Shown piece by piece: positions 1-8,289 of a DNA stretch of 64,000 bases. Position 1 is the first letter of the stretch, and each line of letters starts with the position of its first letter. Under the pieces are notes generated by a model that worked only from the letters and a program-made list of their open reading frames with translations, ran no database searches and was not told the DNA's origin. Source of the DNA: Terracidiphilus sp. GTDB taxonomy: Bacteria > Acidobacteriota > Terriglobia > Terriglobales > Acidobacteriaceae. A program made the translations under genes and the position numbers. The DNA is taken from contig JBEKXX010000001.1 in NCBI GenBank assembly GCA_049511595.1, forward strand, positions 676-64,675. Direction: 5' to 3'.

Positions 1-87
1 CCAGGTGTGTGCGCCAACTCCCCATGACGAAAGGGTTTTGCACGAGGGGACTACCCATCAGGTTAGCAGATAGCGTTGGGGTGGAAT

Positions 88-486
88 TCAGGGTGCGATG
101 AGGGGAACGGCAGGGAAATAAGTGGAGTATGGCCGCGTATCTCGCGTCAGAATTTCGCAGCGAAGCGATGCAGCGTGAGCGCCGATGAAGAAATCGGGAA
201 GGACGTTACTCCTGTTGCCGCCTTGCCGCCGGTATTGCTGGAAAGCCTTGCCGGCAAGGAAAGCCGCATCGCGAGGAATCTCCAACACGATCAGGCCGAG
301 CTCATCGACGGCTTTGTCGAGGTTTGCCTGGGACGAGAATCTCGCTGAAATCTCCGCATAGATCACTGCGTTAATCACCAGGTCATGCGCAGTTGAAAGC
401 GATCGCAATTGTTGCGCCGACCAGGAACCCCACACGGGATCCATATCCCAGAGGTCGAAGATGATGTTGGAGTCGACGATCACCAT
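88..486 (-). CDS. vapC: PIN-domain toxin (VapC family)
   Basis: N-terminal VDSNIIFD PIN motif, YAEIS, and PDFFIGAHA...ILTRD C-terminal PIN motif; directly downstream of an AbrB-type antitoxin. Confidence 0.9.
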   Translation of the reverse strand: MVIVDSNIIFDLWDMDPVWGSWSAQQLRSLSTAHDLVINAVIYAEISARFSSQANLDKAVDELGLIVLEIPRDAAFLAGKAFQQYRRQGGNRSNVLPDFFIGAHAASLRCEILTRDTRPYSTYFPAVPLIAP

Positions 487-495
487 AAGGGAGCT

Positions 496-756
496 TTACT
501 TGAAACCGGGATCGTCCTTATAGCCGCGGATGAACTCCATGTATTCGTCCGTGGTCCCATGCCACTTGATTTCTGCGGAACCCAGGGCGCGGTCGAATCG
601 GTCAGGCCTTCTTTCAACCGGCCGCACCTTGCGCATGATGGCTTCACCGTCGCCGCTCAACTCGATTGCTACCTTCGTCCCTGGTTTGATCTTCATGGCC
701 TCGCGCACGTGCTTCGGAATCGTTACTTGCCCTTTGCTGGTGACCGTGGTTGCCAT
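496..756 (-). CDS. vapB: AbrB/MazE/SpoVT-family antitoxin
   Basis: TVTSKGQVTIPKHVREAMKIKPG is the swapped-hairpin AbrB signature; paired with a PIN toxin. Confidence 0.9.
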   Translation of the reverse strand: MATTVTSKGQVTIPKHVREAMKIKPGTKVAIELSGDGEAIMRKVRPVERRPDRFDRALGSAEIKWHGTTDEYMEFIRGYKDDPGFK

Positions 757-768
757 GGGTTGCGCTCC

Positions 769-802
769 AAAGTATTACTTTCCCTCATTATGGTAATACT
801 TT
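769..802. promoter_or_regulatory. Inverted repeat, probable vapBC operator
   Basis: AAAGTATTAC (769-778) and GTAATACTTT (793-802) form a perfect 10-bp inverted repeat just upstream of vapB; TTGACA lies on the minus strand at 807-812. Confidence 0.65.
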
Positions 803-826
803 TCAGTGTCAAAGCGCAAATACCAC

Positions 827-846
827 GGGCCGCCTCGCGGCGGCCC
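827..846 (-). terminator. GC-rich hairpin downstream of bamD
   Basis: GGGCCGCC-TCGC-GGCGGCCC, perfect 8-bp stem; U tract weak. Confidence 0.45.
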
Positions 847-869
847 TAACATTGGCTTAAGTCAAAGGA

Positions 870-2405
870 TTAGAACGGGTTGAGCTTTCCGAGGCCCTTC
901 TTCTTTTTCTTTTTGCTGGAGGACTCGTCGCTCAGGTCGGTCTTGGGTTTCTTTTGCTTTTGATTCTCAGCGGTGGCGGGCTGAGCCGGGTTCGTGCCGG
1001 GCTTAATGTCGTTGATCTGGAGGGGCGCCTCGGCGGGTTTTTCCGCGACCGGCAGAGCCGTGTTGACGGGGCCGACCGGCTTTACTAGAGCGTTGGGATC
1101 TGCCTGCGCGGCGCCGCCGGGGGTTTGGCCGGCGCTGGCGGGGGCCTGAGCCGTAGTATTCGGCGCACTCACCACTTCGACACCGACGCCGGTGCCTTCA
1201 GCGGGAGCCTGCATTTGCAACGGGGCCGTAGAGGGTTGATCGCTGCGCGGCGGCTCGTTGGGACCGGTGGGGGTGACGGCAGCGGCCGGCGCCGGCGGCT
1301 TGCCGGCGTTTACAGCCTCCAGTAACATGGTCCTGTTTTCCTGAGAAACCTGGGGAGCAAGCGTACGCGTGGGATCTTCGAGAGTGGGCTCGCCGACATG
1401 TACGGCCTCAACCACGGTGGGGCCGCGCTTGATGATATCGAGCGTCTTGTCAGTAAAGTGCAGGGGCTGGCGGCTGCGCTCTTCGGCGTCGCTTTCGGCG
1501 ATGGCAGCGCTGGTGGGCTCGGGGACGGGGCGGTTCATGGCGACGAGGCGGTCACGGGCATCTTCAACGTGGGCTGCCATGGGATAGCGCACGATCACCT
1601 TGTCGTAGGCCGCAGCGGCCTTGTCTTCGTACATGGCGCGGAGACGCTCTTTGATTGCGCCGGGCAGGCCGCGAACAATACTAACGCTGTGCGCCTGGCC
1701 TGCATAAGCGTCGCCGATGCCGATCAGCACCTGGTCGCTCTTGGAGTAGAGGGGATAGGAATCGGCCACGGTTTGCAGGCGGGCGATGGCGGCGGGATAA
1801 TCTTCGCGGCTCTCGTAGTAACTGCCGATCTGGAACTCGCGCTCGGCCAAAACCTCCTGCACGTCGCGCAGCTTCTGCTTGGCGCGCGGAACGAGGCTCG
1901 AATCCGGGAACATGTTGATCATCTCCCGGTATTCCTTCTCGGCTTGCTGGACGTTGGTGAAGTCGCGATCGGGCTTCTCCATCTGCTGGTAGTAGATGTC
2001 AGCCACCTTCATCTTGGCTTCGGCAGCCTCGGGCGCGTTGGGGAAGAAGGTGATGAAGTCCTCGTACTCGGCCTCGGCCTGGGTGAGAGCCGCGGAGCCG
2101 CCCTCCTTGAACCAGGTGTCGCCGACCGAGAGCTTGGCTCTCATGCGGTATTCCGACTCGGGATAGGTGTTGAGCAGGGTCTGCAAGTCGAGGCGGGCCA
2201 CGTCGTAGCGGCCTTTCTTCATGGCCACCATGGCTTTGTCGTAGAGTTCCTTGTCGGGCTGCTTGGACTGCACGCCGGCCAGCGGGTTGGCGTTCAGATC
2301 GTAGGCCTTCTTTGGCTTCTTCTTGGTTCTGGCATCTGCCGAAACCCCACCCAGAAACAACACGGCAAGTGCGACAGCGACGATCTTGAGAGACAACCGA
2401 TTCAT
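870..2405 (-). CDS. bamD: Outer membrane protein assembly factor BamD with long Pro/Ala-rich C-terminal tail
   Basis: BamD-type TPR motifs (LYDKAM..., LQTLLNTYPESEY, YEDFITFFP, LAEREFQIGSYY); start placed at MNRLSLK (2405), where a signal peptide begins. Confidence 0.85.
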   Translation of the reverse strand: MNRLSLKIVAVALAVLFLGGVSADARTKKKPKKAYDLNANPLAGVQSKQPDKELYDKAMVAMKKGRYDVARLDLQTLLNTYPESEYRMRAKLSVGDTWFKEGGSAALTQAEAEYEDFITFFPNAPEAAEAKMKVADIYYQQMEKPDRDFTNVQQAEKEYREMINMFPDSSLVPRAKQKLRDVQEVLAEREFQIGSYYESREDYPAAIARLQTVADSYPLYSKSDQVLIGIGDAYAGQAHSVSIVRGLPGAIKERLRAMYEDKAAAAYDKVIVRYPMAAHVEDARDRLVAMNRPVPEPTSAAIAESDAEERSRQPLHFTDKTLDIIKRGPTVVEAVHVGEPTLEDPTRTLAPQVSQENRTMLLEAVNAGKPPAPAAAVTPTGPNEPPRSDQPSTAPLQMQAPAEGTGVGVEVVSAPNTTAQAPASAGQTPGGAAQADPNALVKPVGPVNTALPVAEKPAEAPLQINDIKPGTNPAQPATAENQKQKKPKTDLSDESSSKKKKKKGLGKLNPF

Positions 2406-2463
2406 ACCACCTCGTTGGAGGAGAGCCCTGAGGGTGGGCTGCCCACTGCATGACATACGCTTT

Positions 2464-3174
2464 TCAGTGAATTTTACTCTTTCCGCCCGCTACCTGGCTG
2501 ACCATGATCCGATCGGCGGCCTCACGAGCCGCGGCCAGCAGGGCGCGCGCATCGCGCTCCGGCTGCCCGGCGCCGAAAACAGCACTGCCCGCGACGAACA
2601 GATCCGCACCCGCTTGGACGATTGGCGCTACCGTGTCGTGAGCCACGCCGCCGTCCACCTCGATTTTAAATGCCAAGCCGAGCTCTTGCCGGATTTCCGC
2701 CAGGCGGCGGATCTTTTCGAGCGAGAAGGGGATAAACTCCTGCCCGGCGAAGCCGGGATTGACGCTCATGACGAGCACGTGATGGACCATGGGGAGGATG
2801 TCCAAAATGAGTTCGACGCGCGTGGCGGGGTTGAGAACCACGCCGGGCTTCATGCCGTGATGAAGGATCATCTGGAGCGAGCGGTGCAGGTGGGGGCAGG
2901 TCTCGTAGTGGACGCTGAGCCAGTTGGCTCCCGCTTCGGCAAAGGCGGCGATGAAATCGTTGGGGTTATCGATCATCAGGTGGCAGTCGAGGGGCAGGCG
3001 TGTGGCCTTGCGCACGCTGGCAACCACGGGCGGGCCGAGGGTCAAGTTGGGGACGAAGTGGCCGTCCATGACATCGACGTGGATGGCCGTGCCGCCGCCG
3101 CGTTCGGCTGCGGCAATCTGATCGGCCAGGTGGGCAAAATCCGCGGAGAGGATGGAGGGCAGCAGCTCAACCAT
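2464..3174 (-). CDS. rpe: Ribulose-phosphate 3-epimerase
   Basis: PSILSADF, HVDVMDGHFVPN, DCHLMI, VMSVNPGF, IEVDGG, FVAGSAVF motifs. Confidence 0.97.
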   Translation of the reverse strand: MVELLPSILSADFAHLADQIAAAERGGGTAIHVDVMDGHFVPNLTLGPPVVASVRKATRLPLDCHLMIDNPNDFIAAFAEAGANWLSVHYETCPHLHRSLQMILHHGMKPGVVLNPATRVELILDILPMVHHVLVMSVNPGFAGQEFIPFSLEKIRRLAEIRQELGLAFKIEVDGGVAHDTVAPIVQAGADLFVAGSAVFGAGQPERDARALLAAAREAADRIMVSQVAGGKSKIH

Positions 3175-3244
3175 GGGATTCGTGTGGAACTCCTTGCGGG
3201 GACAGTGTATCAGCGGGAGCGGGGGTTTGTGGCGGTTGAAGCCG

Positions 3245-4648
3245 CTAAGAAATGGAAGACTTCAACTTCTCGGCTGCCACACGGCCGATACCGCGCAGGA
3301 TGGCTTTGATGGGCCAGCGGTTATCGGCGTCGGGGAAGAAGATTTCGCCCGTGCGGCGGGCTTCGGGGCGGTAGTACCAGCGCTTGAGCAGAGCGAGATG
3401 GGCCTGGCGAACGGTTGCGGAGGGCGTGGCGGTGTCCTGCGCCAGCAAGGCGAGTGCGGCTTCGAGGCGGGATTCGAGAACGCCGCGAGCGAGCTTTGCG
3501 GGCGCGATGTTTCCCCCAGGGGCTAAAGCCCCATCATCTATGGGGCCGCTTTCGGCACGACTGAAGCCGTGCCCTTTCAAGACTTCTTCCGATTGGTCTG
3601 TATTGATTTCGTTTCCCTGTTCCCTACGTCCTGTTCCCTGCTCTCTGTTCTCAGAACTCTGTTCACTGTTCTCTGGGGCTTCCGGAATCGGTTCGATGGC
3701 CATGGGCTGGGCGAAGAGCGAAGTCGAAGTGGTGTTTTCGTTCTGGATTCTCATGCCGAGAGTGGAGAAGGCGGCGGGGCCGCGCAGACGGCCACTTTCA
3801 AAGAGAAAGACGGCTACTTCGCCGGGGTTGGCGGAGGCCTGCAGAATGACGGCGCGCAGGCGGCTCAGGGGGCGAACGAGTTCGGCGGCGAGGGCGCTCA
3901 CGGCTTCGACGCGCTGCGCTTGAGCGTGGAGCGCAGCGGCGGATTCGAATTCGAGATTTGCCGAGGCTTGGTCGCGCTGGGTGCGGAGGGCTACAAGGCG
4001 GCTTTCGCCACGCGTGGAGAGAAAGCTCTCGACGGCTACGGATTCTTCGGCGTAGCGCTCGTCCGAGCAGCCCTTGTAGCAGGGGGCGAGACACATCTTC
4101 ATCTCGGAGTAGACACAGCCGGGATAGCTGGGGTCGGGCGCGAGCTCGAAGGTGCAGCGGCGCAGGAGAAAGAGCTTGAGCATTTCTTCGGCGTAGCGCT
4201 CGGCCGCGGCGCGCGAGGGAAACGGCCCGTAGGCCCAATCGGCTTGGCGCAGGCTGGGACGGTAGGTGACGGTGAGGCGCGGGTAGGGATTGCTGCCGAG
4301 AAAGCGCACAAACGCCGGGTGGCGCAGGTGCATGCGTTCAAGGCACTTCGTGCCGTATACCTTTTGGACGAGTTCAAACTGAATCAGCAGCGACTCGAAT
4401 TCGGAGCCGGTGATGCGCCATGCGATGCGGCGAACCAAGCCGGCGAGATGCAGGCGGCGCGGATGGCGGGGCGAGGGCTGGAGCAGGCGGTCAAGTCTGG
4501 AACGGAGGTTGGGCGTGCGGCCGATGTAGGGTTCGGCGCGAGAGTCTGCTCCGTAGAGCGCGAAGACGGCGGGCGATGACGGCAGTTGGGCGAGCGCGGC
4601 TTTGGGGTTGGCCGGATCGAAGGATACGCTTTGGAAGTCATTCGGCAC
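3245..4648 (-). CDS. UvrC N-terminal-like (Cho-like) GIY-YIG nuclease with UVR domain
   Basis: VFALY...PYIGRT.NLRSRL GIY-YIG; LRRC...CVYSEMKMCLAPC cysteine cluster; UVR motif ASANLEFESAAALH; no RNaseH or HhH half of UvrC seen. Confidence 0.75.
   Translation of the reverse strand: MPNDFQSVSFDPANPKAALAQLPSSPAVFALYGADSRAEPYIGRTPNLRSRLDRLLQPSPRHPRRLHLAGLVRRIAWRITGSEFESLLIQFELVQKVYGTKCLERMHLRHPAFVRFLGSNPYPRLTVTYRPSLRQADWAYGPFPSRAAAERYAEEMLKLFLLRRCTFELAPDPSYPGCVYSEMKMCLAPCYKGCSDERYAEESVAVESFLSTRGESRLVALRTQRDQASANLEFESAAALHAQAQRVEAVSALAAELVRPLSRLRAVILQASANPGEVAVFLFESGRLRGPAAFSTLGMRIQNENTTSTSLFAQPMAIEPIPEAPENSEQSSENREQGTGRREQGNEINTDQSEEVLKGHGFSRAESGPIDDGALAPGGNIAPAKLARGVLESRLEAALALLAQDTATPSATVRQAHLALLKRWYYRPEARRTGEIFFPDADNRWPIKAILRGIGRVAAEKLKSSIS
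3519..3573. repeat. REP-like double palindrome inside the uvrC-like CDS
   Basis: GGGGCTAAAGCCCC (3519-3532) and GGCACGACTGAAGCCGTGCC (3554-3573); translated in frame as LKGHGFSRA...GALAP. Confidence 0.75.
3615..3675. repeat. Degenerate heptamer tandem array (T-C-C/T-C-T-G-T type) inside the uvrC-like CDS
   Basis: About 9 units such as TCCCTGT, TCCCTAC, GTCCTGT, TCCCTGC, TCTCTGT, ACTCTGT, TCACTGT; encodes ENSEQSSENREQGTGRREQG. Confidence 0.7.
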
Positions 4649-4809
4649 GGGCCGTGGTCACCTCGCGTGGAGCGCGTCGCGCGTTCAGAGTGATTGTACG
4701 GCGGAACAGAGTGATGCAGCCGGAAGGAGAGGCGGCTTTTCGGAGACGTGCGGAAGCTGGTATGCTGCGGGCGCAGAGAAAAGCGATTTAGATAAGAAGG
4801 ATTGCGACC

Positions 4810-6288
4810 ATGTGGTTCCTGGGGATGGATGTGGGGACGGGCGGAACGCGGGCAGTCGTCGTGGACGGCGCGGGCAAGCTGAAGGGCACAGCTTCGAGCG
4901 AGCACAAGCCTTTCCGCGCCGAGCATCCGGGCTGGGCGGAGCAAGATCCCGAGGATTGGTGGCGCGCGGCGCAGAAGGCGATCCGTGGGGCACTGGCCGC
5001 GACGCCGGAGCCGCGGGAGCCGGTGGCAGCCATTGCGCTGACCGGGCAGATGCACGGGGCGGTGATGCTGGACGAGACGGGAGCGGTGCTGCGGCCGTCG
5101 CTGATCTGGTGCGACACGCGAACGCAGCCGGAGTGCGACTGGCTGACGGAAAAGATCGGGTACGAGAGGCTGATCGAGCTCACGTGCAATCCCGCGCTGC
5201 CCAACTTTACGCTGACCAAGCTGCTGTGGGTAAAGAAGCACGAGCCGGAGACGTTCAAGAAAATCAGGCACGCGATGTGCCCGAAGGACTATGTGCGCTA
5301 CCGGCTGACGGGCGAGTTTGCCATCGACGTGCAGGAGGCGAGCGGAACGCTGCTGCTGGACGTGACGCACCGGCGCTGGTCGCGCGAGGTAGCCGAGGCG
5401 GCGGGGATTGAAATGAGCTGGCTGCCCAAGGTGTATGAGTCGCCGGAGATTTGCGCGCGGATCAGCGAGAAGGCTGCGGGGCTGACCGGACTGAATGCGG
5501 GAACGCCGGTAGCCGCGGGCGCAGGCGACCAGGGCGCGGGCGCGGTGGGCATGGGGATTCTGGAGCCGGGCAGCGTGTCGGCAACAATCGGGACTTCGGG
5601 CGTGGTGTTCGCGGCAACGGCCGAGCCTACGAAGGATCCGAAGGGAAGGCTGCACACCTTTTGCCATGCCGTGCCGGGATTGTGGCACGTGATGGGCGTG
5701 ACGCAGAGCGCGGGCTTGAGCCTGAACTGGCTGCGCGGAACGTTCTTTGCCGGACAGAGCTACGACGCGATGAGCGAGGCGGCGGCGCGGGTTTCGGCTG
5801 GGAGCGAAGGCCTGGAGTGGGCGCCGTATCTGCTGGGCGAACGGACGCCACATCTCGATCCGGAGGTGCGGGCAGCGTTTGCGGGCATTAGCGCGCAGCA
5901 CTCGGCGGCGCACTTTGTGAGGGCGGTTCTCGAGGGCGTGGCGTATTCGCTCGAAGATACCTTTGCGCTATTCCGCGAGCTTGGGATTCCGGTGAGCGGC
6001 ATTCGCCTGGGCGGCGGCGGCGCGCGCGGCGCACTGTGGCAGAAGATTCAGGCGGGCATCTACGGGCACGCGGTGGAGGTGCTCGCAGCCGAAGAGGGCG
6101 GCGCGTTTGGCTGCGCGCTGATGGCCGGCGTGGGCGCGGGACACTGGAAGAACCTGGACGAAGCCTGCGGGCAGGCGATCGAAGTGGCGCAGCGGATTGA
6201 GCCGGATGCGGGCGATGTTGCGGCGTACAAGGCCGGATATGAGCGGTGGAGGAAGCTGTATCCGGCGCTGCGGGGACTTAAAAACTAG
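4810..6288 (+). CDS. xylB: Xylulokinase (FGGY family)
   Basis: LGMDVGTGGTRA, AEQDPEDWW, ALTGQMHG, ILWCD-like LIWCDTRT, GAGDQGAGA, PYLLGERTPH, RLGGGGARG motifs. Confidence 0.93.
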   Translation: MWFLGMDVGTGGTRAVVVDGAGKLKGTASSEHKPFRAEHPGWAEQDPEDWWRAAQKAIRGALAATPEPREPVAAIALTGQMHGAVMLDETGAVLRPSLIWCDTRTQPECDWLTEKIGYERLIELTCNPALPNFTLTKLLWVKKHEPETFKKIRHAMCPKDYVRYRLTGEFAIDVQEASGTLLLDVTHRRWSREVAEAAGIEMSWLPKVYESPEICARISEKAAGLTGLNAGTPVAAGAGDQGAGAVGMGILEPGSVSATIGTSGVVFAATAEPTKDPKGRLHTFCHAVPGLWHVMGVTQSAGLSLNWLRGTFFAGQSYDAMSEAAARVSAGSEGLEWAPYLLGERTPHLDPEVRAAFAGISAQHSAAHFVRAVLEGVAYSLEDTFALFRELGIPVSGIRLGGGGARGALWQKIQAGIYGHAVEVLAAEEGGAFGCALMAGVGAGHWKNLDEACGQAIEVAQRIEPDAGDVAAYKAGYERWRKLYPALRGLKN

Positions 6289-6323
6289 TGGTCAGTGGTC
6301 AGTGATCAGTGGTCAGGGGTCAG
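6286..6323. repeat. Heptamer tandem array (CAGTGGT)
   Basis: TAGTGGT CAGTGGT CAGTGAT CAGTGGT CAGGGGT directly after the xylB stop. Confidence 0.85.
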
Positions 6324-6333
6324 AAAACGCCGC

Positions 6334-7002
6334 TTACGCGCCGGCAACAACAAAGTCGGCGAAGGTGAAGCCGTCGCGGGTGACGATTTCGCCGGTCGTG
6401 AGCGGAAGCGGAGCGGAGAACATGGGGCCGGCGTAGACGCAGGTGTGAAACTCGCCGCGCTCACCGCAGGGGTCGGCCTGGGACGGAAGATCGCGTAAAA
6501 AATCCTCATCGAATTCACGGCCGGCAAAGGCGGCGGGGAGTTGCTTCGTGTCGACACAGGAGAGGCGGGCGCGCAGGCCGCCGGCGATCATCTCGCGCGC
6601 GAGCGCATCGGTGGGGAGCTGCCAAAGAGGAAAGAGCGGCTCAAGGCCGGTGGGCGCAAGCTGGCGAACGCGATAGGCGCGGACGTCTTCAAGAAATAAA
6701 TCTCCGAAGGCGACGGCTTCGATGTGTTCATTGATGGCGCGCTCGCAGGTTTCGGCCATGCGCTGCTCATAGACTTCATTGGGACAGGGCCAGGGAAGCG
6801 GAACGATCCAGAGCGGGAGTCCGGCGGCGGCAGCCTGCGCCTCGAGGACCGCGCGGCGGACGCCGTGCATGGCGACGCGGTCGAACTCGGAGTTGAGTGT
6901 GGTGAGAAGGCCGCAAATTTCGATGGCGGGATCGCGGCGCAGGGCGTGTAGCGCCCACGCGCTGTCTTTGCCGCTGCTCCAGGAGAGAAGAACGCGCTTC
7001 AT
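6334..7002 (-). CDS. Dph6/MJ0570-like ATP pyrophosphatase (adenine nucleotide alpha hydrolase)
   Basis: SWSSGKDS PP-loop, VAFGDLFLED, DPCGERGEFHT. Confidence 0.9.
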   Translation of the reverse strand: MKRVLLSWSSGKDSAWALHALRRDPAIEICGLLTTLNSEFDRVAMHGVRRAVLEAQAAAAGLPLWIVPLPWPCPNEVYEQRMAETCERAINEHIEAVAFGDLFLEDVRAYRVRQLAPTGLEPLFPLWQLPTDALAREMIAGGLRARLSCVDTKQLPAAFAGREFDEDFLRDLPSQADPCGERGEFHTCVYAGPMFSAPLPLTTGEIVTRDGFTFADFVVAGA

Positions 7003-7079
7003 AGAACGATGATAGCGGCAGCAGTGCCGGAAGCAGATTCCGTAACGGGCGATGACGCCGCCTATAATCGGACCGGGAG

Positions 7080-8249
7080 ATGAGCAGAACCATGAAGATC
7101 AATTTCTTTGCCGATCGCATCGGCGGCTGGCGTTTATTGGCGTTGAGCGCGGTTTTGCTGGTGTGCCGGCCTGCCTCGATGTACGGCGCGCAGGATGCGC
7201 AGGCGGGGCCGGCGCCGTTGCGTGTGGCGATTGTGGGCCTGGAACACGGGCATGTGGAGGCGTTTCTGCGGGCGCTGCCACAACACAAAGACGTCACTCT
7301 GGTAGCGGTTGTGGATGCTGACCAGGCGCTGGCAGAGAAGTACCAGAAGAAATTCAACCTGCCGCCGAGCCTGTTCTACCCGAGCCTGGAAGCGATGATC
7401 CCGGCGCAGCATCCGCAGGCGCTGCTGGTGTACGCGCCCATCGCGCAGCACCGCGGCGTGATCGAGAAGGCGGCGCAGTATGGCGTCTCAGTGATGGTGG
7501 AGAAGCCGCTGACCATCTCGCTCGAGGATGCGCTGGCGATTCGCAAGGCCGCGCGCGAGCACCACATACATGTGCTGGTGAATTACGAGACGACGTGGTA
7601 CGCGAGCAACCGCGCCGCCTACGACGCCGTGGAGCAGGGGCAACTGGGCGCGATCCGGCGCGTGGTGGCGCACGATGGCCACCAGGGTCCCGTGGAGATT
7701 CACACGCCGCCTGAATTTCTTCGCTGGCTGACCGACCCGGCGCAGAACGGAGCCGGCGCGCTCTACGATTTCGGCTGCTACGGCGTGGATCTGATGACAT
7801 GGCTGATGCACGGAGAGACGCCTCTGACGGTGACGGCCGTGACGAACCACGACAAGCCTGAGATGTATCCGCGCGTGGATGACGACGCGACGATCGTGCT
7901 GACTTATCCCCGCGCGCAGGCGGTGATTCAGGCTTCGTGGAACTGGCCGTTCAACCGCAAGGATATGGAAGTGTGTGGCGCGACGGGTTACGCGATCACG
8001 GTGGGCGCGGACCAGGTGCGCGTGCGTCACGAGCACGACGCGGCGGAGCAACTGATCACGGCGCCGCCGCTGAACGCGCCCGAGGATAATTCACTCGATT
8101 ACCTGGCTGCCGTGTTGAACGGACAGATCGAGTCGAAGGGCGACCTGAGCGCGCTGGACACGAATGTGGTGGTGATGCAGATTCTTGATGCCGCGCGCGA
8201 GTCCGTGCGGACGGGAAAGACTATTAAACTGGCCAAGCTGCCGGAATAA
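7080..8249 (+). CDS. Gfo/Idh/MocA oxidoreductase with N-terminal signal peptide
   Basis: VAIVGLEHGH Rossmann fold, VMVEKPL, GAGALYDFGCYG. Confidence 0.9.
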   Translation: MSRTMKINFFADRIGGWRLLALSAVLLVCRPASMYGAQDAQAGPAPLRVAIVGLEHGHVEAFLRALPQHKDVTLVAVVDADQALAEKYQKKFNLPPSLFYPSLEAMIPAQHPQALLVYAPIAQHRGVIEKAAQYGVSVMVEKPLTISLEDALAIRKAAREHHIHVLVNYETTWYASNRAAYDAVEQGQLGAIRRVVAHDGHQGPVEIHTPPEFLRWLTDPAQNGAGALYDFGCYGVDLMTWLMHGETPLTVTAVTNHDKPEMYPRVDDDATIVLTYPRAQAVIQASWNWPFNRKDMEVCGATGYAITVGADQVRVRHEHDAAEQLITAPPLNAPEDNSLDYLAAVLNGQIESKGDLSALDTNVVVMQILDAARESVRTGKTIKLAKLPE

Positions 8250-8289
8250 AGCAGCCTGACCGGATTGACGCCGGGTGATGTTTCAGCCG

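Noticed and set aside
1-87. Possible c-di-GMP riboswitch or small RNA (GCAAAACC, CCCC/GGGG stem on the minus strand)
   Set aside because: It lacks the GGCAAAC...GAAA...GGGACGCAAAG arrangement and is cut by the window edge.
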